From Fibrobacteria bacterium (lineage in GTDB: Bacteria > Fibrobacterota > Fibrobacteria > UBA11236), in NCBI GenBank assembly GCA_043745805.1, contig JAYTSD010000032.1, positions 41,738 to 105,737 of the forward strand: 64,000 bases of DNA. The letters are read 5' to 3'. Positions 38,761 through 50,147 of this stretch are shown here, in pieces. How positions within the stretch are numbered: the first letter of the stretch is position 1; each line of letters opens with the position of its first letter. The notes beneath the pieces were generated by a model. That model was given only the letters and a program-made list of their open reading frames with translations, was not told the origin of the DNA and did not search any database. Both the position numbers and the translations under genes were made by a program.

Positions 38761-41700
38761 TCAATTCTCATATCCAAGATTAGGTGACAGCCATTTTTCC
38801 GTAGTTGCTAAGTCCATATTTTTTCGCAAGGCATATTCTGTAACTTGATCTTTGGCAATTTTTCCTAAACCAAAATAGCGGCTTTGGGGATGCGCAAAAT
38901 ACCAACCACTCACAGCAGCACCGGGATACATCGCAAAACTTTCGGTTAAAATAATATCGGCGTTCTTTTGGGCATCTAATATTTGGAATAAAATTTCTTT
39001 TTCGGTATGATCGGGGCAAGCAGGATAGCCTGGGGCTGGGCGAATGCCTTGGTATTTTTCGCGAATTAATTCTTCTTCGCTTAATTGTTCATTAGCGGCA
39101 TACCCCCAAAATTCAAGCCGCACTCTTTGATGCAAGCGTTCCGCAAAAGCTTCGGCTAATCGGTCAGCCAAAGCTTTAGCCATGATACTATTATAATCAT
39201 CATGATCTTTTTCGAATCGATCCGTGATTGCTTCTAAGCCAATACCTGCCGTCACCGCAAAGGCTCCAAAATAATCGGGAATACCGGTGGTTTTGGGAGC
39301 GATAAAATCGGATAGGGCAAAATTATTTTGATCCATGCCTTTATCAGTTTGTTGACGCAAAGAATGGACTGTGGCTAAAATATTTTGGTGTGAATCATCG
39401 GTATATAGTTCAATATCATCCCCCACACTATTGGCGGGGAAAATTCCAAAAACGGCTTTGGCGGTTAAGGATTTATCCGTAACAATTTTTGCGAGCAAAG
39501 CTTTTGCTTCGTCAAACAATTTTTGCGCTTCCACTCCTACCACTGCATCTTTTAAAATCTTAGGATATTGCCCCACCAATTCCCAAGTTTGGAAAAAAGG
39601 AGTCCAGTCGATATAGTGAGACAATTCTTCTAAAGAATATTCCACGAATGCCTTAACCCCTAAAAATTTGGGTTTAGGAATCTCTCCTGCGGCAAAGCTT
39701 TCTTTCCAATTGATATTGGGTTGGCGTTTACGCGCTTCGGCAATGGGTAACAGTTTTTTATCGCCATGTTTGTTTTTGTGATCAATACGCACATTTTCAT
39801 ACCGTTCTTGAATTTTTCGCACCAATTCAGTTTTGGTTTCAGGATTGAGTAACCCACTCGCCACGGGTACACTACGCGAAGCATCAAGTACATGAATAAC
39901 CGGATGACTATATACGGGCGCGATTTTCACAGCCGTATGCGCCACTGAAGTTGTCGCGCCACCAATGAGCAAAGGAATTTTAAATCCCAAGCGTTCCATT
40001 TCTTTGGCGACATGCACCATTTCATCGAGCGAAGGGGTAATTAATCCCGACAAACCAATGATATCTACGTTTTCTGCAAGTGCGACTTCTAAAATTTTAT
40101 TGGCGGGTACCATCACGCCTAAATCGATAATTTTAAAATTGTTACAGGCGAGTACCACGCCCACAATATTTTTACCAATATCATGCACATCGCCTTTTAC
40201 CGTGGCCATGAGAATTTTTCCCATTTCGCGTCCGCCATTTTTTTCTTTTTCGGCTTCAATATAAGGGAATAAATACGCTACTGCTTTTTTCATCACACGC
40301 GCACTTTTCACCACTTGTGGTAGAAACATTTGTCCGGTTCCAAACAAATCACCCACCACGCTCATACCCGCCATGAGCGGACCTTCAATCACCATTAAAG
40401 GTTTGGGAAACATTTGGCGCGCTTCTTCGGTATCCTGATCAATAAAGTCCACAATACCTTTAACTAAAGCATGACTTAGGCGCTCTTGTACCGTGCCTTT
40501 GCGCCAAGCTAATTCTTCTACTTTTTCTTTACCCACTTTTTTTACGGTTTCGGCAAAGTTCACCAATCTCTCGGTAGAATCGGGGCGTCGATTGAGTAAG
40601 ACATCTTCTACTAATTCTAATAAGTCTTTGGGAATATTTTCATACACTTGTAGCATGCCTGCATTAACAATGCCCATGTCTAGGCCTGCTTTTATAGCGT
40701 GATAGAGAAAAGCGGAATGCATAGCTTCGCGTACTGGGTTATTTCCGCGAAAAGAAAAAGAAATATTGCTTACGCCCCCACTAACATGGCAATGCGGTAA
40801 ATTTTGTTTAATCCAACGTGCTGCTTCGATAAAATCCACAGCATAATTATTATGCTCTTCCAAGCCCGTAGCCACTGTAAGAATATTGGGATCGAAAATA
40901 ATATCTTGCGGAGGAAAGCCAATTTCTTTCGTCAATATGCGATAGCTACGCGAACAAATTTCTATGCGACGTGCCAAATTATCCGCTTGACCTTTTTCAT
41001 CAAAGGCCATGACTACCGCTGCGGCACCGTAACGTCGGAGTAAAGTCGCTTTTTCTTTAAAGGCGACTTCGCCTTCTTTTAAACTGATAGAGTTCACAAT
41101 AGCTTTGCCCTGCACGCATTGCAAACCTTTTTCAATCACGGACCATTTGGAAGAATCGATCATCACAGGCTTTACCGAAATGTCGGGTTCGCTAGCGACG
41201 AGATGCATAAACTTTACCATGGCGGCTTCGGAGTCTAACATGCCTTCGTCCATATTCACGTCGAAGATTTGCGCGCCACCCTCAATTTGTTGTCTTGCAA
41301 TAGCCAGACCCGTATCATAATCACCCGAAAGAATAGCTTTGGAAAATTTCGGGGAACCGGTGATATTTGTTCTTTCGCCGATATTCACAAAATTACTTTC
41401 CGGACGTATTACCAAGGGTTCTAGGCCTGCGAGACGAGTATAAGGCTCGATGGTAGGGATTTTGCGAGGCGGAAATTTAGCAACGATAGTAGCAATTTTA
41501 TTAATGTGTTCAGGAGTAGTTCCGCAGCAACCTCCCACAATATTTAAAAAACCACTAGAAGCAAATTCTTCAATGAGGTTAGACATTTCATCGGCAGTTT
41601 GATCATATTGTCCAAACTCATTAGGTAACCCTGCATTGGGATGACAGCTAATATGCACATCCGCCAATCGCGATAATTCTTCTACATAAGGACGCATATC

Positions 41701-42447
41701 TTTCGCACCTAAGGCGCAGTTAATGCCGATACTCATTAAAGGAATATGAGAAATGGAAATTAAAAAGGCTTCCATGGTTTGACCCGAAAGCGTACGTCCG
41801 CTTTTATCCACAATCGTTGCGGATACCATAATCGGGATGCGAATTTGATGCGCCTCAAAATATTGTTCAATTGCGAAAAGCGCGGCTTTGCAATTTAAAG
41901 TGTCGGTACAGGTTTCAATTAAAAAAAGATCTGCACCCCCATCGATTAAACCAGTTACTTGTTCTGAGTATGCGCTGACTAATTCATTAAAATGCACCGA
42001 GCGAAAACCCGGATCATTTACATCGGGCGACATGGAGGCGGTACGGGTCGTTGGCCCAATAGATCCGGCCACAAAACGTGGCTTGTCAGGATTTGTGGCC
42101 GTAAATTCCATCGCCACTTTTTTGGCAATACGTGCCCCACACACATTTAAATCATAAACGGCACTTTCCATTTTATAATCGGCCATGGAAATGGCATTGG
42201 AATTAAACGTATTGGTTTCTAAAATATCTGCACCGGCTTCTAAATAAGCACGATGAATACCTTCAATCACATGCGGTTGTGTAATGGCCAACATATCATT
42301 ATTGCCTTTTACATCACAACTATGATTGGCAAATCGCTCACCACGAAAATCCGCTTCATGCAAAGTATGCTTTTGAATCATGGTGCCCATGGCTCCATCG
42401 AGAATAAGAATGCGCTTGGACATTAAGTCATAAATAGGATGGCTCAT
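38761..42447 (-). CDS. metH: Cobalamin-dependent methionine synthase
   Basis: [41 protein letters not shown]. Confidence 0.98.
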   Translation of the reverse strand: MSHPIYDLMSKRILILDGAMGTMIQKHTLHEADFRGERFANHSCDVKGNNDMLAITQPHVIEGIHRAYLEAGADILETNTFNSNAISMADYKMESAVYDLNVCGARIAKKVAMEFTATNPDKPRFVAGSIGPTTRTASMSPDVNDPGFRSVHFNELVSAYSEQVTGLIDGGADLFLIETCTDTLNCKAALFAIEQYFEAHQIRIPIMVSATIVDKSGRTLSGQTMEAFLISISHIPLMSIGINCALGAKDMRPYVEELSRLADVHISCHPNAGLPNEFGQYDQTADEMSNLIEEFASSGFLNIVGGCCGTTPEHINKIATIVAKFPPRKIPTIEPYTRLAGLEPLVIRPESNFVNIGERTNITGSPKFSKAILSGDYDTGLAIARQQIEGGAQIFDVNMDEGMLDSEAAMVKFMHLVASEPDISVKPVMIDSSKWSVIEKGLQCVQGKAIVNSISLKEGEVAFKEKATLLRRYGAAAVVMAFDEKGQADNLARRIEICSRSYRILTKEIGFPPQDIIFDPNILTVATGLEEHNNYAVDFIEAARWIKQNLPHCHVSGGVSNISFSFRGNNPVREAMHSAFLYHAIKAGLDMGIVNAGMLQVYENIPKDLLELVEDVLLNRRPDSTERLVNFAETVKKVGKEKVEELAWRKGTVQERLSHALVKGIVDFIDQDTEEARQMFPKPLMVIEGPLMAGMSVVGDLFGTGQMFLPQVVKSARVMKKAVAYLFPYIEAEKEKNGGREMGKILMATVKGDVHDIGKNIVGVVLACNNFKIIDLGVMVPANKILEVALAENVDIIGLSGLITPSLDEMVHVAKEMERLGFKIPLLIGGATTSVAHTAVKIAPVYSHPVIHVLDASRSVPVASGLLNPETKTELVRKIQERYENVRIDHKNKHGDKKLLPIAEARKRQPNINWKESFAAGEIPKPKFLGVKAFVEYSLEELSHYIDWTPFFQTWELVGQYPKILKDAVVGVEAQKLFDEAKALLAKIVTDKSLTAKAVFGIFPANSVGDDIELYTDDSHQNILATVHSLRQQTDKGMDQNNFALSDFIAPKTTGIPDYFGAFAVTAGIGLEAITDRFEKDHDDYNSIMAKALADRLAEAFAERLHQRVRLEFWGYAANEQLSEEELIREKYQGIRPAPGYPACPDHTEKEILFQILDAQKNADIILTESFAMYPGAAVSGWYFAHPQSRYFGLGKIAKDQVTEYALRKNMDLATTEKWLSPNLGYEN

Positions 42448-43394
42448 GTTTTTCCTTTTTCTGCGGTAATGAGTAAGCTTTCAATTTCGGGAAAGTCTTT
42501 AGTACTGCCGGTGATCTCTGAATGAATATTGATATAGCCGCAATCGCGCAGCCAATTTTCTAAGTCGTTGAGCGCGAAGCCCAACCAAAAATCTCCGAAT
42601 TTACTTTGCATCCATTCTTCGGAATGCGCAAGTAAATCCAAGATTAAAATTCTTCCGCCGGGTTTGAGTAAGCGATAGCTTTCAGCAAGCACGGCTTCGG
42701 GCTTTGCGGCATGATGTAAAGATTGCGAGAGGAGAGCCACATCAAAACTTTGTGCATTTAGGCCTGTTTCTTCCATAGTCGCTTGTATGAAGTGTAAATG
42801 TTCGGTTTCGCCCCCAACACTTTGTTTGGCGAGTCGAATTTGTTCTTCGCTATTGTCTACGGCACTTACAAAGTTACCTGATTTAGCGAGTTGCGCCGCA
42901 AGCCGTCCATTACCACAACCTAAATCTACAATGCATTGACCCCGTAACATCTGAATTAACCCCAAGCTTAAAGCCTTCCAAGTTTGTCCAGGTGAAGGTT
43001 TGTTTTGATGCGCTAAGCTATTGAAAAATTGTAGCGAGGCTTCGGCCCGTTCATGTAAAATCTTTTTGAGTTGGCGTTGATCTCTTTCAAACCATTTGGC
43101 AGTTTGCGCACTTTCCAAAGCATTTTGTACGACAGAAAACTTTGCATCGGTTTGAATTTCGCCTGGCAAGCGATAATAAACTTTTTGACCTTCTTTTTTA
43201 TTGACGACTAAACCTTCGTCTTTCAATAGTCCCAACTGAGTCGAAAGTGTACTCTGTCCGAGATTTAAAATTTTTTGTAATTCACCCACGGCTAACTCAT
43301 TGCCATTTAAAGCGGAAATAATGCGCAAACGCGTTTCATCGCTGAGTAAGCGAAATATGGCGGTGAGTACATCGATTTCTAAAAATTTGGACAA
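42444..43394 (-). CDS. ArsR-HTH + SAM methyltransferase-domain regulator (SahR-like)
   Basis: N-terminal LSDETRLRI...[18 protein letters not shown] and LHH motifs; ATGA overlap with metH. Confidence 0.88.
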   Translation of the reverse strand: MSKFLEIDVLTAIFRLLSDETRLRIISALNGNELAVGELQKILNLGQSTLSTQLGLLKDEGLVVNKKEGQKVYYRLPGEIQTDAKFSVVQNALESAQTAKWFERDQRQLKKILHERAEASLQFFNSLAHQNKPSPGQTWKALSLGLIQMLRGQCIVDLGCGNGRLAAQLAKSGNFVSAVDNSEEQIRLAKQSVGGETEHLHFIQATMEETGLNAQSFDVALLSQSLHHAAKPEAVLAESYRLLKPGGRILILDLLAHSEEWMQSKFGDFWLGFALNDLENWLRDCGYINIHSEITGSTKDFPEIESLLITAEKGKT

Positions 43395-43457
43395 GTGACC
43401 CTCTAAATAATGAAAGATAAAGACATAATAAAGCCAAAATAAGGAGATGTCTTTTGT

Positions 43458-43488
43458 ATATCAATATATCATGAAATAAAGATATATT
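43458..43488. promoter_or_regulatory. Palindromic operator upstream of the sahR-like-metH operon
   Basis: Perfect AATATATC-N10-GATATATT (43463-43488) overlapping ATATCA-N8-TGAAAT (43458-43477). Confidence 0.6.
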
Positions 43489-43588
43489 ATTTTAAGCCCT
43501 CGGTTCAAGGGTTAGATTCGGTATGATTTTTTAGAGGGTAAAATATTTGTGAGGGCCAGCTGGGCAGCTTAGGCCCAAAGCTAAGAAA

Positions 43589-44908
43589 TTATTTTTCCCA
43601 AGGCGGCGCAAAAACTAATTCTCGGCCTTTTATATTCGTGAAAAATTCGCCTTCGCCATAAACCATATTGCCATTGACAAAAGTCATTACTGGCCATCCT
43701 TTAGTGGTTAGGCCATGATAAGGACTCCAATTTACCTTGGTTTGTAATTTCCCATTTTCAATGGTTCTTTTACGTTCCATATCAACCAAAATAAAATCGG
43801 CATCATAGCCCGGAGCAATGCGGCCTTTGCCTACCACACCATAAAGTTCTACGGGCTTTTCGCACATCCAACGCACTACTTCTTGAATACTACAAAGTCC
43901 CAAATTGACTTGATTCAACATCAAAGGCAAAGACGTTTCCACACCTGGCATTCCCGAAGGACTATGAGGGTAACCTTTTTCTTTTTCTTCGATGGTATGT
44001 GGAGCATGATCGGTAGCAATGCAATCTATTATGCCAGCTCGCAAAGCACGCCATAAGGCCTCACCATGGCGTTTTTCACGAATAGGAGGATTCATTTGCC
44101 CATAGGTTCCGAGGCGATCATAAACATCTGGCGTATGCATTAAAAAATGTTGTGGACAAACTTCCACCGAAATTAATCCGGGCACTTTTTCGCGCGCTAA
44201 AAATTCGGTTTCCTCTTCGCTAGTTAAATGCAATATGTGTAAACGTCGATTATATTTTTTAGATAAATGCACGGCGAGTTGAGTGGCTTTAAGCGCCACT
44301 TCCGGACTACGGATTTTATTATGATCGTGTACATCCGTAGAAGCTCCGTAAATTTCCTTATTGGCGCGAATGGTGTCTTCATCTTCCGCATGCACCGCAA
44401 TTAAACGACGGCCTTGAGAAAATATATTTTCCAAATCTTCTTTGCGATGAACCAGTAAGGAACCTGTAGATGCTCCCATAAAAATTTTTATACCGCATAC
44501 GTTAGGCGTATTATTGAGCTCTTCCACATTGTTCGGTGTCGCACCAATAAAAAAATTGTAATTGACTAAACTTTTTTGCGCGGCCATAGCTTTTTTTTGC
44601 GCCATGATTTCGGCGGTAATCGTATTAGGCACCGTATTGGGCATGTCTAAAAAGGAGGTTACTCCACCCGCAGCGGCTGCGCGTGATCCCGATTCTAAAT
44701 CCTCTTTCCAAGTCATACCCGGATCGCGAAAATGCACTTGCGGATCCATGGCTCCAGGCAAAAGGAAAAGACCTAATGCATCAATGATTTCGCCTTGCGG
44801 AGGAATGCCCGCTTCGACACGGACTATTTTTCCATTTTCAATTAAAACATCGGCTTGCTGTAAATTTTCAGAAGAGACAACTATGGCATTTTTAATAAGT
44901 AAACTCAT
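43589..44908 (-). CDS. pyrC: Dihydroorotase
   Basis: DPQVHFRDPG, DMPNT, KIFMG, HAED, MNPPIR, ATDHAPH, GMPGVET; likely start MSLLIKNA at 44908. Confidence 0.88.
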   Translation of the reverse strand: MSLLIKNAIVVSSENLQQADVLIENGKIVRVEAGIPPQGEIIDALGLFLLPGAMDPQVHFRDPGMTWKEDLESGSRAAAAGGVTSFLDMPNTVPNTITAEIMAQKKAMAAQKSLVNYNFFIGATPNNVEELNNTPNVCGIKIFMGASTGSLLVHRKEDLENIFSQGRRLIAVHAEDEDTIRANKEIYGASTDVHDHNKIRSPEVALKATQLAVHLSKKYNRRLHILHLTSEEETEFLAREKVPGLISVEVCPQHFLMHTPDVYDRLGTYGQMNPPIREKRHGEALWRALRAGIIDCIATDHAPHTIEEKEKGYPHSPSGMPGVETSLPLMLNQVNLGLCSIQEVVRWMCEKPVELYGVVGKGRIAPGYDADFILVDMERKRTIENGKLQTKVNWSPYHGLTTKGWPVMTFVNGNMVYGEGEFFTNIKGRELVFAPPWEK

Positions 44909-44980
44909 AAGCAAAGAATACAAAAAAACCGATTCGGTGACAGTTTTTTTAGAAGGAAGAAATGGGCTTTGCGGTTGCGC

Positions 44981-46786
44981 TTAATCCTTATCCATGCTCA
45001 GCACGGCTAAGAACGCTTCTTGGGGAATTTCCACATTACCTACGGCCTTCATACGCTTTTTACCTTCTTTTTGCTTATCCAGCAATTTACGTTTACGAGA
45101 AATATCCCCACCGTAACATTTGGCGGTTACGTTTTTGCGTAAGGCTTTTACGGTGCTACGTGCAATGACGCGATTGCCTACGGCAGCTTGAATGGCGACT
45201 TCAAACATTTGTTGAGGGATTAAATCTTTTAGTTTATTACAAAGAGCATTGCCCCAATTGAAAGCTTTGTCTTTGTGAATAATGACTGAGAAGGCATCGA
45301 CGGATTCCCCATTGAATAAAATATCAAGTTTCACCAAGTGAGAAACACGGTAACCGATAGGTTCATAGTCAAAAGAGGCATAGCCACGACTTACGGATTT
45401 TAATTTGTCGAAATAATCGAACATGATTTCCCCTAAAGGAAATTCATATTGCAGATTTACTTTTTCAGCATTGATATATTCCATATTCAAATAGGTGCCG
45501 CGTTTTTCTTCCGATAATTTCATCACGCCACCCACGTATTCTTTGGGCAAAATGATTTGTGATTTTACAAAAGGTTCTTCGATGGCTTCGAACTTTCCCG
45601 GATCTGGAAGCTTGCTCGGGTTTTCAATGCTGATAGTTTCGCCATTACTCAATTGTACATGATATTCCACATTGGGTACCGTGGAAATGACATTCATATT
45701 AAATTCGCGATCCAGTCTTTCGCGCACTACTTCCATATGCAATAAACCAAGGAAACCTACACGATACCCAAAGCCCAAAGCTTGTGAGGTTTCGGGACCC
45801 CATGAAAGCGCAGAATCATTGAGTTGCAATTTTTCTAAAGCATCGCGCAAATCTTCATAGTCATCCGCATCGACGGGATAAATCCCAGCGAACACCATAG
45901 GCAAAATATCCTTATAACCTTTTAAGGCCACGGTAGCAGGATTGCGACGATCGATAATGGTATCGCCAATTTTGGTATCAGCCACATTTTTCACATTGCC
46001 GATTAAATACCCTACTTCGCCTGCCGCTAAGGAGGCTGTGGGTTCTCGCTGCATGGTAAAAACACCTAGCTCAACTACTTCAAAATCTTTTTCTGTGGCC
46101 ATGAATTTAATCGGGGCTTTTAAATGTAATTCGCCATCGAATACGCGAATGAAAGCAATAGCTCCGCGATAAGAATCGAATTTAGAATCAAAAATTAAAG
46201 CGCGCGGCGGAGCCGCTCTATCGCCTTTAGGCGCAGGGATTTCTTGAATCACGCGAGCTAATACTTCGGCAATGCCTATGCCTTCTTTGGCCGAAACACG
46301 GGGAATACGGGCAGGATCATAGCCCAATAATTCGCCGATGCTTTCTGCAATATCATCGGGATGAGCAGAAGGCAAATCGATTTTATTGATAATAGGCACA
46401 ATGGTTAAATCATTTTCCATGGCCAAATACAAATTGCTTAAAGTTTGCGCCTCAATGCCTTGGGTGGCATCAACGACTAATATAGCACCTTCACAAGCGG
46501 CGAGGGAGCGTGATACTTCATAAGTAAAATCAACATGCCCAGGTGTGTCGATTAAATTGAGATAATATTGTTCGCCTTCAAATTGATAAAGCATGCGAAT
46601 AGCATGAGACTTAATGGTAATCCCACGTTCGCGTTCCAACTCCATATCATCCAATACTTGGGCTTGCATGGCTTGTTTACTGACGGTTTTAGTCAATTCG
46701 AGCATACGATCGGCCAAGGTCGATTTCCCATGGTCGATGTGGGCGATGATACAAAAATTTCTAATTCGATGAATTTCTGGCCGCAT
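44981..46786 (-). CDS. lepA: Elongation factor 4
   Basis: [48 protein letters not shown]. Confidence 0.98.
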   Translation of the reverse strand: MRPEIHRIRNFCIIAHIDHGKSTLADRMLELTKTVSKQAMQAQVLDDMELERERGITIKSHAIRMLYQFEGEQYYLNLIDTPGHVDFTYEVSRSLAACEGAILVVDATQGIEAQTLSNLYLAMENDLTIVPIINKIDLPSAHPDDIAESIGELLGYDPARIPRVSAKEGIGIAEVLARVIQEIPAPKGDRAAPPRALIFDSKFDSYRGAIAFIRVFDGELHLKAPIKFMATEKDFEVVELGVFTMQREPTASLAAGEVGYLIGNVKNVADTKIGDTIIDRRNPATVALKGYKDILPMVFAGIYPVDADDYEDLRDALEKLQLNDSALSWGPETSQALGFGYRVGFLGLLHMEVVRERLDREFNMNVISTVPNVEYHVQLSNGETISIENPSKLPDPGKFEAIEEPFVKSQIILPKEYVGGVMKLSEEKRGTYLNMEYINAEKVNLQYEFPLGEIMFDYFDKLKSVSRGYASFDYEPIGYRVSHLVKLDILFNGESVDAFSVIIHKDKAFNWGNALCNKLKDLIPQQMFEVAIQAAVGNRVIARSTVKALRKNVTAKCYGGDISRKRKLLDKQKEGKKRMKAVGNVEIPQEAFLAVLSMDKD

Positions 46787-46954
46787 AGATACTCTAACTA
46801 ACTCTAAAAAGAGGTTCTAAGGTATGAAAATTGGGGCTTATCCCACAGGGGGCAAGCTAAATGGATGTAATTCTTGCTTTTATTTTTCTCAGTTTTATCT
46901 ATGTTATAGGCCATTAAACTTCAACTCTTCACAGATAGAATAGAGCTTTAAGGT

Positions 46955-47521
46955 ATGAAAAAATCTCTAAAAATATTTGCATTATTTGCATTAGCTGCAT
47001 TTTCAAGCATGAGCGCCTTCGCACAATATGACGAGGCTCCTGCGGCACCATCTAACGGCCGTAAGTTCAATCATGATTTCAGTAAAACCAAGCAAATCAT
47101 GGCTGAAATCCAAACTCATGAGGGAAATATTCAATTGGAATTGTTTTTTAAAAAAGCTCCTAATACCGTGGCAAATTTTATGCATTTGGTAGATAGCGGT
47201 TTTTACAAGGGCTTGACCTTTCATAGAATCATCGATGGTTTTATGGTGCAAGGCGGCGATCCTAAAGGCGATGGAACTGGTGGACCAGGTTATACTATCG
47301 ATGATGAAATTTCGGATTTAAAGCATGAAGCAGGAACTCTTTCCATGGCTAATGCAGGCCCTAATTCTGCTGGCTCACAGTTTTTTATTACCCATATGGT
47401 ACAGCCTCATTTAGACGGCAAGCATGCCATATTTGGAAAAGTTATTTCTGGTTTTGATGTGGTGACGCGATTGGAAAGAGGCGATCCTATCCTCGGAATA
47501 AAAATTACTGAAAGCAAATAA
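46955..47521 (+). CDS. Exported cyclophilin-type peptidyl-prolyl isomerase
   Basis: Signal peptide; [39 protein letters not shown]. Confidence 0.93.
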   Translation: MKKSLKIFALFALAAFSSMSAFAQYDEAPAAPSNGRKFNHDFSKTKQIMAEIQTHEGNIQLELFFKKAPNTVANFMHLVDSGFYKGLTFHRIIDGFMVQGGDPKGDGTGGPGYTIDDEISDLKHEAGTLSMANAGPNSAGSQFFITHMVQPHLDGKHAIFGKVISGFDVVTRLERGDPILGIKITESK

Positions 47522-47575
47522 GCATTTTATTTGAGTATTGTACGACAAGGCTACTAGCCGAAATAATAAGGAGCG

Positions 47576-48586
47576 ATGATGGCTTCAGGAAAAAACAAAT
47601 CCAAAAAATCGGTGAGTAAAAAAAGCTTGAAAACTTCGCCTGTCTCTGAGGCGAAAAAAAAGGACATTGTGAAAAAAGAATTGGTGAAAAAGGAATTGCC
47701 TAGCTCTAAAAAGGCGACTCCAGTGAAAGTTGAAAAAAAAGCCCCTGTGGCTAAGGTTGCAAAAAATATTGTTTCACCGACTTTGGTTAAACCCGTCGTT
47801 AAAGCAAGTGTTGTTTCAAAATCTCCCAAAGTAACTGCTGTCGAAACAAAAGCCGAAAGCAAAATTGAAATTAAAGCTGAAATTAAAGTAGAGGTAAAAC
47901 CTAAGCCCATAATACTTAAAGAAGTAATTCCGCAAGTGGTGGCGGCTAAAATTGAAGTCCGACCAATTCGATCGACCGTTCTTAACTTAGATAAGCCAGC
48001 TAGTAAACCATCAGTTAAGCCTTTCATGAAATCCGAAGCTATTTTTGATAGAACGGGTAAAAAAAATCCTGTCCCTAAGGCGGTTAAAGCTGCGAAGGCT
48101 GCAGAAGCTAATTTAGCTAAAGGCAAAAAAGAAAAACCGGATGCAGCTGCACCAGTTAAAAAACCTATGCGATCTTTTTTTCATGAAGTGTCTCCTGATG
48201 CTGAACGCGTTATTAAACGCGGTGAAAAAACTACTTTATCGACTTTACCTATTGACGTACAAAATCGCCGCCGCGGTGCTTCTACGGAAGAAAGCCCAGA
48301 AGAATTGGTTGAGCGTATTGAAAAAGAATTAGAGAATCAACACATTTTTAAACGCAATGTGTTACGTCCGCAACTTTGCACCAAATGCGGATTGAATGTG
48401 GTTTCTGAGCGATTTACTATTGATAAAGAATTAGGTTATTGCACGGACTGTGCAGAGATTTTGCATTTGGGTGAAACTAAAGAAGCACGTAAAATGGATT
48501 TCTTACCTGCCCTTCCCAAAAAAGATGGAGCGGCTGCAGGTGAAGATGATATCGATAAAGATATAGAAGATGAAGCGGATGAGTAA
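47576..48586 (+). CDS. Lys-rich protein with C-terminal DksA/TraR-type C4 zinc finger
   Basis: Basic low-complexity N-terminal half; CTKC-x17-CTDC; acidic tail. Confidence 0.55.
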   Translation: MMASGKNKSKKSVSKKSLKTSPVSEAKKKDIVKKELVKKELPSSKKATPVKVEKKAPVAKVAKNIVSPTLVKPVVKASVVSKSPKVTAVETKAESKIEIKAEIKVEVKPKPIILKEVIPQVVAAKIEVRPIRSTVLNLDKPASKPSVKPFMKSEAIFDRTGKKNPVPKAVKAAKAAEANLAKGKKEKPDAAAPVKKPMRSFFHEVSPDAERVIKRGEKTTLSTLPIDVQNRRRGASTEESPEELVERIEKELENQHIFKRNVLRPQLCTKCGLNVVSERFTIDKELGYCTDCAEILHLGETKEARKMDFLPALPKKDGAAAGEDDIDKDIEDEADE

Positions 48587-48595
48587 GGCGTTAAA

Positions 48596-48928
48596 TTAAC
48601 GCATTACTTTTTCTTTTTTTTCTTCTTCTTGATCAACATCTCGTAAAGTCATTTTTGTTTCAAACTCCTCGCGATCAATATTTTGCATGAAAAATGGATC
48701 GCGAGAGAAATCTCGCGTCAAGAGCATCGCATCGATTTCTTCATCTTTGGGCCCAAGTATATAAATAGCGGGCAACTCGCCTTTTCCAAGCACATCGATA
48801 TTTTGCATCACATGAGCACGTAAAGCAGGGTTTTGATTTTTGCCTGGTTCATTTTTTTCTTCAGACCACGTGGTGGTGGTAAAGACTCCCAATAAACAGG
48901 CTAAACTTATCCTCATCCATTTTTGCAT
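48596..48928 (-). CDS. Small exported hypothetical protein
   Basis: Signal peptide followed by IDVLGKGELPAIYIL. Confidence 0.55.
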   Translation of the reverse strand: MQKWMRISLACLLGVFTTTTWSEEKNEPGKNQNPALRAHVMQNIDVLGKGELPAIYILGPKDEEIDAMLLTRDFSRDPFFMQNIDREEFETKMTLRDVDQEEEKKEKVMR

Positions 48929-48996
48929 TGAATCCTCCGCGTCTCTATTGCTGCTTACTTAGAATAAATTCAGGAAGCTGGAAAGTCAAACCAAAT

Positions 48997-50010
48997 TTAG
49001 AGTGCCGCTATGGTCCATGCTAAGCTGGGTGAAACAGTTAATTCAGAGTGAAAGGCATTTTCATTGGCTCTTTTTTGGGCCATAGCAGCAATCATAGCGC
49101 CATTATCCCCACTTAATGCCGCAGGAGGAAATACCGCACGCATGCCGCGCTTGCCTAGCTCTTCGGTCATTCTTTGGCGTAAATATTTATTGGCGGAAAC
49201 GCCTCCTACTACGGCCAATGTGTGCAGATCGTTCTGTTTAAGGGCAGAAAGCGCTTTTTTCACTAAGATTTCCACAATCGCACTTTCAATGGAGGCACAA
49301 ATAGAAGGTAAATTAGCTTTGAGAAAATCGGAGTTTTGTGTTTGTGTATATCGTAACACAGCAGTTTTTAATCCACTAAACGAAAACTCCAAGCTGCCTT
49401 TTTGGTCTAGGGCTTTGGGCAAGGGAATAAAATCTCGATTTCCATTTTCGGCTAATTTGGCAAGAAGTGGTCCGGCAGGATAACCTAGACCTAATATTTT
49501 TCCCGTTTTATCGAAGGCTTCACCTGCGGCATCGTCACGAGTTTTACCTAGCATAATATATTGAAAGTTTTCATTTACGCGACAAAATTCGGTATGTCCA
49601 CCTGAAACGACCAAACAAACAAAAGGGGGTTTAAGATTAGGTTCGGTTAAATAAGCCGTGCCTAAATGCCCCTCCAGATGATGAATGCCAATGAGGGGTT
49701 TATCGAGGTAACGTGCAAGTGACTTCGCGAAAGCCGCACCTACCAATAAGGCTCCCAATAAGCCCGGTCCACGGGTGAAGGCGATACGATCAATTTGTTG
49801 AATATTTAAATTGGCCATCGATAAGGCTTGCTGGACAATGGGACTAATTTTTTCCAAATGCGCGCGCGCAGCAATTTCAGGAACTACGCCTCCATATAGA
49901 GCATGCGTATCCACTTGACTATATACAGCATTTGCTAAGACGTTTAAGCCTTCATCTACAATGCCACAGGCCGTTTCGTCACAAGAAGTTTCGATTCCTA
50001 ATGTTGTCAT
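48997..50010 (-). CDS. tsaD: tRNA N6-adenosine threonylcarbamoyltransferase
   Basis: LGIETSCDET, GGVVPEIAARAH, HHLEGH, VSGGHT, DDAAGEAFDK, FSFSGLKT, DNGAMIA; likely start ATG 50010. Confidence 0.97.
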   Translation of the reverse strand: MTTLGIETSCDETACGIVDEGLNVLANAVYSQVDTHALYGGVVPEIAARAHLEKISPIVQQALSMANLNIQQIDRIAFTRGPGLLGALLVGAAFAKSLARYLDKPLIGIHHLEGHLGTAYLTEPNLKPPFVCLVVSGGHTEFCRVNENFQYIMLGKTRDDAAGEAFDKTGKILGLGYPAGPLLAKLAENGNRDFIPLPKALDQKGSLEFSFSGLKTAVLRYTQTQNSDFLKANLPSICASIESAIVEILVKKALSALKQNDLHTLAVVGGVSANKYLRQRMTEELGKRGMRAVFPPAALSGDNGAMIAAMAQKRANENAFHSELTVSPSLAWTIAAL

Positions 50011-50147
50011 GGACGGCAATATTAATTACTTCTCCATTCACAAAAAACCCTATTTTAAAAAAGGGCGAGTATTATTCCCCCGTTTTTTTGGGGAAGATGG
50101 GTTTTGCCCTCTTTTCAAGCAAAGCGAAATGATGGACAATAGAAAAT

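Noticed and set aside
43395-43588. SAM or cobalamin riboswitch ahead of metH
   Set aside because: No recognisable conserved riboswitch core; the region is AT-rich and has a protein-operator-like dyad instead.
47554-48126. 190-aa hydrophobic antisense ORF
   Set aside because: Mirror of the Lys-rich low-complexity coding strand of 47576..48586.
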